A program made the position numbers and the translations under genes. A stretch of DNA of 64,000 bases, from NCBI GenBank assembly GCA_963695095.1, contig CAVOFT010000001.1:2176001-2240000 (forward strand). The letters run 5' to 3'. The notes beneath the pieces are model-generated. The model searched no databases. It saw only the letters and a list, made by a program, of their open reading frames with translations, and was not told the DNA's origin. Below are positions 41,365 through 51,345 of the stretch, piece after piece (the first letter of the stretch is position 1; each line of letters begins with the position of its first letter). Source of the DNA: an uncultured bacterium. Its GTDB lineage: Bacteria > Krumholzibacteriota > Krumholzibacteriia > JACNKJ01.

Positions 41365-42253
41365 AGATCCGGATCTCCGCGTCCAGGTGCACGCCCGTCT
41401 GTTCGGCCACCGCGGCCGCCACCCGCTGCATCAGGGCCTCGACGTCGGCGGCCCGCGTGCGGGCGGGCTCGGTCACGATGAAGTTGGCGTGGCGCTCGCT
41501 GACGGACGCGCCCCCCACGCGCAGGCCCTTGAGACCGCAGGCCTCGATGAGGCGGCCGGCATGGTCCCCGGGCGGGTTCTTGAAGGTGCTGCCCGCCGTG
41601 CCGATCCCCCCGGGCTGAGTGGCGGCGCGCTGGGCGAGGATCTCGCGGAAGCGCGTCCGGGCCGCGGCCAGTGCCGCCGGCTCCAGCTCCGGCAGATGCA
41701 GGGTGAGCGCAGTAACCAGGGCATCGGCAGGCAGGCTCGAGCAGCGGTAGCCGAACTCCAGCTCGCCGCGCCCAAGAGCGAAGGGGCTGCCGTCCAGGCG
41801 CCAGCCGCGACAGGCGAGAAAGGCGGCGGCCATGTCCCCGCCGAAGGCGCCCGCGTTGCCGCGGAGGGCCCCGCCGAGCGTGCCGGGCAGGGCCGCGGCC
41901 CAGACGAAGCCCCCGCGTCCCGCGGCAAGAGCCCGCCGCGCCAGCCGGGCGCTCGCAAGCCCCGCGCCGCACTGCGCCTCCTCGCCCGCGAAGGCGAGCC
42001 CGCCCAGCGCGCGCCCGATGCGGATGACCGCGCCGCGGATGCCGCCGTCGCGAATGAGCACGTTGCTGCCCTCGCCGAGCACGGTGACCGGCAGGCCGCT
42101 GGCGGCGAGGACGGCGAGCAGGGGGCCGATCTGCGCATCGCGCTCGGGCGTGAAGAGCCAGTCGGCGGGTCCGCCCAGGCGGAAGTTCGTCAATTCCGCC
42201 AGGGACGCCCGGCGCGCACAGGGTCCGTCGTAGGCGGCGGCGAGCCCCTCCAT
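41351..42253 (-). CDS. murB: UDP-N-acetylenolpyruvoylglucosamine reductase
   Basis: LGGPA, GEGSNVL, PGTLGGA..GNAGA, AGSTFKNP, HANFIV. Confidence 0.95.
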   Translation of the reverse strand: MEGLAAAYDGPCARRASLAELTNFRLGGPADWLFTPERDAQIGPLLAVLAASGLPVTVLGEGSNVLIRDGGIRGAVIRIGRALGGLAFAGEEAQCGAGLASARLARRALAAGRGGFVWAAALPGTLGGALRGNAGAFGGDMAAAFLACRGWRLDGSPFALGRGELEFGYRCSSLPADALVTALTLHLPELEPAALAAARTRFREILAQRAATQPGGIGTAGSTFKNPPGDHAGRLIEACGLKGLRVGGASVSERHANFIVTEPARTRAADVEALMQRVAAAVAEQTGVHLDAEIRIYGEA

Positions 42254-43638
42254 CAGTGGGCTCCCCGCGTCTCCCCGAGCCGCCGCACGAGATCCTCGGC
42301 GAAGCGATTGAGGTCGCCCGCGCCCAGCGTGAGGATGAGGTCGCCCGGCTGCGCTTCGGCGAGCAGCAGGTCGGCGATCTCGGCTTGCTCCGCGAAGCGG
42401 CGCACGGGGGTGCGCCCGCGCGCTGCTACGGCGCTGGCGATCAGCCCCGCGTCGACTCCCGGTTCGGGCGCTTCGCCGGCCGCGTAGATCTCGGTGAGGA
42501 TCAACTCGTCGGCCGCGTCGAAGGCGGCGCCGAACTCGTCGGCCAGCATGCGCGTCCGGCTGTAGCGATGCGGCTGGAAGACCACGCGCAGGCGGCGGCC
42601 GAAATGCTCGCGGGCGGCCTCGAGGGTGCGGGCGATCTCCGTCGGATGGTGGCCGTAGTCGTCGATGACGAGTACGCCGTCCACCTCGCCCCAGAACTCG
42701 AGCCGGCGGCCCACGCCCCGCGAGGCCGACAGGCCGCGCTGGATGGCCTCCGGCGCGATGTCCAGCTCGAGGCCGACCGCGATCGCCGCCAGGGCATTGA
42801 GAACGTTGTGCCGACCCATCAGCGGCAGCTCGAGCTCGCCGCTCTTGCGGGCGCTGCGCCAGCGAAAGCGCGTACCCCGGGCGTGCTGCTCGAGGATCTC
42901 CCCGCGCAGGGCGCAGTCCTCGCTCCAGCCGTAGCCGATCACGCGGCCGCGCAACTCGGGCAGCATGCCGCGCAACACGGGGTCCTCCAGACAGACGATG
43001 GCAGCGCCGTAGAAGGGCACCCGGTTGAGGAAGTCCATGAAGGCCGCGCGCAGGGTGGCAAAGTCGCCGTAGTGGTCCAGGTGCTCGTGGTCGACATTGG
43101 TGACGACCGCCCAGGTGGGCGCCAGGCGCAGGAAGGAGCCATCGGACTCGTCGGCCTCGGCCACCATGTGCGGACCGGCGCCGAGCCGCGCATTGCTGCC
43201 GAAGCTGAGCAGCCGTCCGCCCACGACGGCCGTGGGATCGAGGCCGCCGGCGTTGAGCACCTCGGCGACGAGGGAACTGGTGCTCGTCTTGCCGTGGCTG
43301 CCGCTGATGGCGATGCCGCGCTTGAGGCGCATCAGCTCGGCCAGCATCTCACCGCGGCTGATGCAGGGGATGCCCAGCCGCCGCGCCTCGCCGAGCTCCG
43401 GATTGTCCATGGGCACGGCGCTCGAGTAGACGACGACGTGGGCGCCGGCCACCTGCTCGGCGCGATGGCCCACCGCGCAGCGCACGCCGAGGCTGCGCAG
43501 GCGCTCCAGGGCCGGGCCTTCCTTCAGGTCCGAGCCGGTCACGGTGAAGCCGGAGTTGACGAGGATCTCCGCGATGCCGCTCATGCCGACGCCGCCGATG
43601 GCGACCAGGTGCAAATGGCGCGTACGGCCAAGGTGCAC
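42253..43638 (-). CDS. murC: UDP-N-acetylmuramate--L-alanine ligase
   Basis: IGGVGMSG, GSHGKTST, EADESD, DDYGHHPTE, FQPHRYSR; GTG after GAGGAG. Confidence 0.96.
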   Translation of the reverse strand: MHLGRTRHLHLVAIGGVGMSGIAEILVNSGFTVTGSDLKEGPALERLRSLGVRCAVGHRAEQVAGAHVVVYSSAVPMDNPELGEARRLGIPCISRGEMLAELMRLKRGIAISGSHGKTSTSSLVAEVLNAGGLDPTAVVGGRLLSFGSNARLGAGPHMVAEADESDGSFLRLAPTWAVVTNVDHEHLDHYGDFATLRAAFMDFLNRVPFYGAAIVCLEDPVLRGMLPELRGRVIGYGWSEDCALRGEILEQHARGTRFRWRSARKSGELELPLMGRHNVLNALAAIAVGLELDIAPEAIQRGLSASRGVGRRLEFWGEVDGVLVIDDYGHHPTEIARTLEAAREHFGRRLRVVFQPHRYSRTRMLADEFGAAFDAADELILTEIYAAGEAPEPGVDAGLIASAVAARGRTPVRRFAEQAEIADLLLAEAQPGDLILTLGAGDLNRFAEDLVRRLGETRGAH

Positions 43639-43715
43639 GGCAATCTCCTCGCGGGAAGGGGCCGCTGGGGGCGGCGTGGAGCGGCCGGGACGCGCGCGGC
43701 CTCGTTGCGGGCTGT

Positions 43716-44825
43716 TTAGCATCGGCCCCGAGGGCCAGCAAGGCTTTTCTCCATCGCGGCGAGGATGTCCGCCGTGGCCTGCGGCCGGCCCAGGGCGGCG
43801 CTCGCCGCGGCCATCGCCGCCTCGCGCGCCGGGTCGCGCCAGAGCGCGGCCAGGGCGCCGGCCAGGCGCGGGCCGTCCAGCTCCTCGTCGGCGATGACGA
43901 GAGCGGCGCCGGCCGCGGCCAAGGCGCGCGCATTGGCGCTCTGGTGATCGTCCACCGCATGGGGAAAGGGCACGAGCAGGGCCGGCAGGCCGAGCACGGT
44001 GATCTCGGCCAGGGTCATGGCGCCCGCGCGGCAAAGCACCCAGTCGGCCCCGGCCATGCGCGCGGGCATGTCGTCCAGATACCCGGCGACCTCGACGGCC
44101 GGCGCGAGCGAGGCCAGCGCCGCTGCCGTCGCCGCCGCTTCGGCATCGCCGGTCTGGACCAGGGCCGCGAGCGGAAACTCGCGCGCGAGCAGGGGCAGAC
44201 CCGCGCGCAGCGCGGCATTGAGACTGCGCGCGCCGCGACTGCCCCCGAAGGCCAGCAGGCGCCGCGGGGCGCCGGGGGCGCGCGGCGGCCGCGGCCCGGC
44301 CAGGCTCAGGAATTCCTCGCGCAGGGGATTGCCCGTGAGCTGACAGCGGACGCCGTGGCCCAGGCGCTCCGCCGCCTCGGGGTAGGCGATGAAGACGGCC
44401 CGCGCGCGGCGCGCGAAGAGGCCGATCACGCGGCCGGGCACGCTGTTCTGCTCCTGCAGGAAGATGGGTCGCCGGGCCAGCCGGGCGGCGATGAGCAGAG
44501 GCAGACTCGCGAAGCTGCCCGTGGCGAAGACGGCATCCGGCCGGAAACGCGCCAGAAGAGCCAGCGCCTGCAGGGTGGACAGGGCGAGCTCGGGCAGGAA
44601 GAGCAGGCGCTCGACGAGTCCCTTGCCGCGGAAACCGCGCATGGGCAGGGCGCGAAAGGGGATGCCCGTGGGCGGCACCAGGCGCGCTTCGAGTCCGCGT
44701 CGCGAGCCCACGAAGCCGACGCTCCTGTCGCTGCCCCCGGCGAGGAATCCCCTCGCCACGGCCAGGGCCGGATAGATGTGCCCGCCCGTGCCGCCGCCCG
44801 TGACCAGGAGCCGGCGCATCGCCAT
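43716..44825 (-). CDS. murG: Lipid II N-acetylglucosaminyltransferase
   Basis: GGGTGGHIYP, EQNSVPG, GNPLR, GGSRGA, RAGAMT, HQSANA. Confidence 0.96.
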   Translation of the reverse strand: MAMRRLLVTGGGTGGHIYPALAVARGFLAGGSDRSVGFVGSRRGLEARLVPPTGIPFRALPMRGFRGKGLVERLLFLPELALSTLQALALLARFRPDAVFATGSFASLPLLIAARLARRPIFLQEQNSVPGRVIGLFARRARAVFIAYPEAAERLGHGVRCQLTGNPLREEFLSLAGPRPPRAPGAPRRLLAFGGSRGARSLNAALRAGLPLLAREFPLAALVQTGDAEAAATAAALASLAPAVEVAGYLDDMPARMAGADWVLCRAGAMTLAEITVLGLPALLVPFPHAVDDHQSANARALAAAGAALVIADEELDGPRLAGALAALWRDPAREAAMAAASAALGRPQATADILAAMEKSLAGPRGRC

Positions 44826-46027
44826 CAGAGCTCCGGCGGCAGGCGGCGGGCGCGCTGCAAGCCGCGGCCGAAGAGATCCTCGGCCACGGGCTCCTCGACG
44901 CGCCCGCGCCGGAAGAGCGAGCGCCGCCGCGCCTGGGCCACGCGCAGGGGCTCCTCGCGGCTGACGGCGAGCACGAGACCGAGGGCCACCAGGTTCATCA
45001 CGAGGGCGCTGCCCCCGTGGCTGATGAGGGGCAGCGGCACGCCGGTGAGGGGAAACAGCCCCAGGGCCACGGCGAGATTGATCGCCGTGTAGACGAAGAG
45101 CATCCCCCCCATGCCGGCCGCCAGATAGCGCGCGAAGTGATCGGCCTGGCGCCTGGCGATGCGCAGCGCGCGCAGGGAGAGCGCCGTGAGCAGCCCGATG
45201 AGCACGAGCCCGCCCACGAAACCGTACTCCTCGCCGACGATGGCAAAGATGAAGTCCGTGTGGTGATCGGGCAGGAAGATGCGCTGGCGATTGCGCCCCG
45301 CCCCCTGGCCGAGCGCGCCCCCGGCGCCGATGCCGATCAGCGACTGGCGGAGCTGGTAGTTCTCGGCCGAGTTCTCGGTGGCGTCGAAGTTCCGCGTGAT
45401 GTCCACCCGCTGGCGCACGCGGCCGCTGGCGAGGTAGAGGCTGCCGGCCACGAGCAGGGCCGCCAGCAGCGCGGCGCCCAGCCAGCGCCAGGGCAGGCGC
45501 GCGGCGATCAGCACGCAGGCGCCGCTGAGCCCCAGGGCCAGCGCGGAGCCGAAGTCCGGCTGCAGGAGGACGAGCAGCACGGCGGCGCCCAGGGCGATCA
45601 CCGGCCACTTGAAGCGCCGCCAATCGGGAAGCTCCTCGCCACGGGCCAGCCGATCGGCCATGAAGAGCAGCAGTCCCACCCTGGCCGCGTCCACCGGCTG
45701 GATGCTGAAGCCCGCGATCGACAGCCAGCCCCGCGTGCCCTTGATCATCGGCGCGCTGAGCACCCAGAGCAGGAGCCCCCCGCAGGCGAGGGCGGCGACG
45801 GGCGCCGCCCGGCGGATCCAGCGCAGGTCGCTCATGGCGACGAGGATGAGGCCGGCCATGCCCAGGGCGATCTGCACCAGGCGCCGCACGATGTAGTCGC
45901 CGCCCCCGCCGCCCACGCCCGGCGGACCGAGTTGCGCGCTCGCCGAATAGAGGATGACGATGCCGGCGAGCAGGAGCAGCAGGGTGAGGCCGAGCAGGGG
46001 GCGATCCACGCCACGCAGCACTCTCAT
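44825..46027 (-). CDS. ftsW: SEDS peptidoglycan polymerase FtsW
   Basis: Multi-TM; SIQP, QPDFG, LPDHHTDFIF, EEYG, GVPLPLISHGGS. Confidence 0.94.
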   Translation of the reverse strand: MRVLRGVDRPLLGLTLLLLLAGIVILYSASAQLGPPGVGGGGGDYIVRRLVQIALGMAGLILVAMSDLRWIRRAAPVAALACGGLLLWVLSAPMIKGTRGWLSIAGFSIQPVDAARVGLLLFMADRLARGEELPDWRRFKWPVIALGAAVLLVLLQPDFGSALALGLSGACVLIAARLPWRWLGAALLAALLVAGSLYLASGRVRQRVDITRNFDATENSAENYQLRQSLIGIGAGGALGQGAGRNRQRIFLPDHHTDFIFAIVGEEYGFVGGLVLIGLLTALSLRALRIARRQADHFARYLAAGMGGMLFVYTAINLAVALGLFPLTGVPLPLISHGGSALVMNLVALGLVLAVSREEPLRVAQARRRSLFRRGRVEEPVAEDLFGRGLQRARRLPPEL

Positions 46028-47355
46028 GCGCCGGCCTCCTGGACGAGGCGTCGAAAATGAGCGCCGCGCTCCTCGAAGTTCCGGTACTGGTCGTAGCTGG
46101 CGCAGGCCGGCGAGAGGACGAGCAACTCGCCTGCGCGGCCGTCGGCCCTGGCCGCCGCCACGGCCGCATCCAGGGTGCCCAGCTCGCGGCCGCGGGCCCC
46201 GAAGGCGCGGGCCACGGCCCCGCCCGCCTCGCCGATGCCGTAGGCCAGACGCACGCCGGGCAGCCCGGCGGCCAGCGCGGCGAAGTCGCCTCCCTTGTCG
46301 CGGCCGCCGGCGATGAGCAGCACCGGGGCGCCCAGGCCGGCCACTCCGGCCAGGGCGGCCTCGACGTTGGTGGCCTTGGAGTCGTTGAAGCAGCGCAGGG
46401 AACCCAGGCGGCCGACCTCCTCCATGCGATGGGCAAGGCCGCGGAAGCTGGCCAGGCCGGCGGCCAGCACCTCGGCATCGTCGCCGAAAGGCAGCACCAG
46501 GGCGAGCGCTGCCAGGGCATTGGCCAGGTTGTGGCGACCGGGAATCGGCAGGGCCTCGGCGGCCAGGAGCCGGCGCTCGCGGCCGCCGTAGCGGAAGGCC
46601 AGCTGATCGCCGGCCAGGAAGCTGCCCTCGGCGCCGCCGGGCGGCGGGCCGTCGAGGCGGAAGGGCAGGCGCCGCGCGGGGCAGGCAACCAGCCGGCGGG
46701 ACGCCTCGGCGTCCTCGCCGAGCACCAGGGTGTCGGCCGGGCCCATCGCCGCGAAGAGCTTGAGCTTGGCGGCGTAGTAGTCCTCCAGGCGCCCGTAGCG
46801 GTCCAGGTGGTCGGGGCTCAGGTTGAGCAGGGTGGCGCTACGCGGATGAAAGCGCGAGAAGGTCTCCGCCTGGAAGCTGCTCACCTCGACGACGTAGAGC
46901 TCGGCGTCCGGCTCGTCCACGAGCAGTTCGGCCAGGGGTCGCCCGAGGTTGCCGCCTGCGGGCGCGCGGCGGCCCTGGGCGGCGAGCAGGTGGGCGGCGA
47001 GGCTGGTCACCGTGCTCTTGCCGTTGCTGCCGGTGACGGCGATGAGCGGCACGGGGCAGCGCAGATAGGCCTCTTCCAGCTCGCCCGTGATGGGCAGGCC
47101 CCGCGCCTGGCAGGCGCGCAGGGCGGGGCTCGTCGGCGGCACGCCGGGACTGATCAGCACGCGCACGACGCCGTCCAGCCAGTCGGGCTCGAAGGCGCCA
47201 GCATGGCGCTCGGCGCCCATGAGCTCGCCGGGCAGCAGCTCCGGCAGGGCCTTCTCGTCGGCCAGGCGCACGGGCTCGCCGGCGGCGACCAGCAGCCGCG
47301 CGGCGGCGATGCCGCTGCGCCCCGTGCCGAGGATGAGCGTGATGCCCGCGGCCAC
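46024..47355 (-). CDS. murD: UDP-N-acetylmuramoyl-L-alanine--D-glutamate ligase
   Basis: SPGVP, TGSNGKST, GNLG, EVSSFQ, DHLDRY, NDSKATN, SPACASYDQY. Confidence 0.96.
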   Translation of the reverse strand: MAAGITLILGTGRSGIAAARLLVAAGEPVRLADEKALPELLPGELMGAERHAGAFEPDWLDGVVRVLISPGVPPTSPALRACQARGLPITGELEEAYLRCPVPLIAVTGSNGKSTVTSLAAHLLAAQGRRAPAGGNLGRPLAELLVDEPDAELYVVEVSSFQAETFSRFHPRSATLLNLSPDHLDRYGRLEDYYAAKLKLFAAMGPADTLVLGEDAEASRRLVACPARRLPFRLDGPPPGGAEGSFLAGDQLAFRYGGRERRLLAAEALPIPGRHNLANALAALALVLPFGDDAEVLAAGLASFRGLAHRMEEVGRLGSLRCFNDSKATNVEAALAGVAGLGAPVLLIAGGRDKGGDFAALAAGLPGVRLAYGIGEAGGAVARAFGARGRELGTLDAAVAAARADGRAGELLVLSPACASYDQYRNFEERGAHFRRLVQEAGA

Positions 47356-47363
47356 GGCCCCCC

Positions 47364-48451
47364 CTAGCGCAGCTTGAGCGTGCTCAGGCCGACCATGGCC
47401 AGCAGCACGGCGAGGATCCAGAAGCGCACGACCACCTTGGACTCGTGCCAGCCCGTCAATTCGAAGTGATGGTGCAGCGGCGCCATGCGGAAGATGCGCT
47501 TGCCGCGGCGCTTGAAGCTCCAGACCTGCAGGATCACGCTGGCCGCCTCGATGACGAGGACACCACCGAGGATGAGAAGCAGCAGTTCCTTTTTGATCAG
47601 GATGGCCACGGTGCCCAGCGCCCCGCCGAGGGCGAGGCTGCCCGTGTCCCCCATGAAGAGCTCGGCGGGATGCGCGTTGAACCAGAGGAAGCCCAGGCCG
47701 GCGCCGACTACCGCCGCGCAGTAGATGGTCAGTTCGCCCGCTCCCGGCAGATAGACGATGTTGAGGTAGTCGCTGAAGACCTTGTGGCCGCTCACGTAGA
47801 CGAGTCCCGTGAAGGCGACGAAGACGATGCTGACGACGCCGATCGCCAGGCCGTCCAGGCCGTCGGTCAGGTTCACCGCGTTGCTGAAGCCCGTGATCAC
47901 GAGCACGACCAGGGGCACGTAGAAGAGCCCGAGGTTGAGCAGCACGCCCTTGAAGAAGGGCAGCTCCATGGTGACGCCCGGGCGGCTCGACTCCAGCGGC
48001 AGGTAGTAGAGCACGAGGCCGAGGGCCAGGCCGAGCGCCACCTGCCCCACCAGCTTGTAGCGCCCGACCAGCCCCTTGCTGCGCTTCTTGACCACCTTCA
48101 GGTAGTCGTCCATGTACCCGAGCAATCCCGTCCCGAGTGTCACGGCGACGACGAGCTGGATGTAGCGGTTCGTGAGGTCGGCCCACAGCAGCGTGGGCCC
48201 GAGCACGCTGGCCAGGATCAGCAGGCCGCCCATCGTCGGCGTGCCCGCCTTGGCCTTGTGCGAGGCGGGCCCCTCGGGACGGATCTGCTCGCCGAGCTGC
48301 AGGCGGCGCAGGCGCCGGATCAGCCAGGGACCCATCAGGAAGCTGATGGCCAGGGCCGTCACGAAGGCATAGGCGCTGCGAAAGGTGATGTAGCGGAAGA
48401 CATTGAAGCCGCCGAACCAGTCCAGCAGGAGGAAGTGCAGATGGTAGAGCA

Positions 48452-48452
<1 letters not shown>
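47364..48452 (-). CDS. mraY: Phospho-N-acetylmuramoyl-pentapeptide transferase
   Basis: GTPTMGG, DDYLK, NAVNLTDGLDG, FMGDTGS, MAPLHHHFE. Confidence 0.98.
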
Positions 48453-49863
<1,411 letters not shown>

Positions 49864-49867
<4 letters not shown>

Positions 49868-51345
49868 GCTCCCCCGCTTCGTTCGGCCCAGGCCTCCTGC
49901 AGCGCCTGGGCATCGTCGAAGGGATGCCGGACGCCGGCGATCTCCTGCGTGCGCTCGTGCCCCTTGCCGAGCAGGGCGATGAGATCCTGCGGACCGGCCG
50001 CGGCCAGGGCGATGCGGATGGCGCGCGCGCGGTCGGGCTCTTTGTGCCAGCTTCCGGCGGCGCGGTCCATCCCTGTTTCGATGTCGGCGAGAATCGCGAG
50101 CGGATCCTCGCTGCGCGGATTGTCGCTCGTGAGGATGACCAGATCCGCGGCCGCCTGCGCGGCGGCGCCCATCAGCGGCCGCTTGCCGCGATCGCGATCG
50201 CCGCCGGCGCCAAGGACGGCGATCAGGCGGCCCGCGCAGAGCGGCCGGAGCGCCGCGAGCACGCGCGCGATGGCGTCCGGGCTATGGGCATAGTCGACGA
50301 GGGCCGCCGGCCCGCCGGCGAGCGGCACGCGCTGCAAGCGTCCGGGCACGCCGGCGAAGGCGGCCAGCCGCTCGGCAAGGGCCGCGGGCGCCTCGCCGAG
50401 GGCGAGCGCGAGGGCCAGGGCCCCCGCGCAGTTGCTCACGTTGAAGTCGCCGACGAGCCCGGTGGCGAACGACGCCTCGCCGTCCGCCCAGCGCAGGCGC
50501 CAGCGGCTGCCCGTGGCCGCGAGCCGCTCATCGACGATGCGGAAGTCCGCGCCCGCCGCCCGCCCGTAGCTCAGCACGCGCTCGCCATCGCGCAGCGGCG
50601 CGAAGGCGGGATCGTCGGCATTGACCAGGGCCGGCGCCCCGGCCCGGCGCAGGTCGAGCAAGCGCAGCTTGGCCGCGCGATAGCTGGCCATGTCGCCGTG
50701 ATAGTCCAGGTGGTCGCGGCTGAGGTTCGTGTACAGGGCGCCCGCGAAGCCGAGACCGGCCACGCGCTCCTGGTCCAGCGCGTGGCTGCTCACTTCCATC
50801 GCGAGACCGGCCAGGCCCGCCGCCAGGCCCTCGGCGAGCAGGCGCGCGAGGCTGACGGGATCGGGCGTCGTGTGCGTGGCGGGCGCGGGCGAGCCGCCCG
50901 CCTCGACGTAGATGGTGCTCAGCACGCCCCAGCGCGCGGGGCCACCCATCAGCGCCTGCAGCAGCAGCGCCGAGCTGGTCTTGCCGTTGGTGCCCGTCAC
51001 GCCGAGCAGCGCGAGCCGGCGGGCAGGGTCGCCGGCCAGGCGCTGGGCGACGAGGCCCACGGCCCGCCGGGGCTGGGGGCAGAGGAGCAGCGGCATGCCG
51101 GCCGGCGCCTCGCTGCCCGCGGGCAGGAGCAGGGCGACGGCGCCGGCGCTCAGCGCCGCCGGCACGAAGTCCCGGCCATCCCGGCGGCTGCCCGGCAGCG
51201 CGGCGAAGAGGCAGCCGGGCACGACCTGCCGGCTGTCGATGGCCAGCGCGCTCACCGCGAGATCCGGCCCGCGTCGCTCGCAGCCGCCGGCCTCGCTCGC
51301 CAGCAGACGCTCGAGTTCGCTGAGTGGGATCGCGCCTGCGCTCAT
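49864..51345 (-). CDS. murE: UDP-N-acetylmuramoyl-dipeptide--meso-DAP ligase
   Basis: TGTNGKTS, TTPD, EVSSH, DHLDYH, DYAH, DNPR (DAP-type), GKGHE. Confidence 0.96.
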
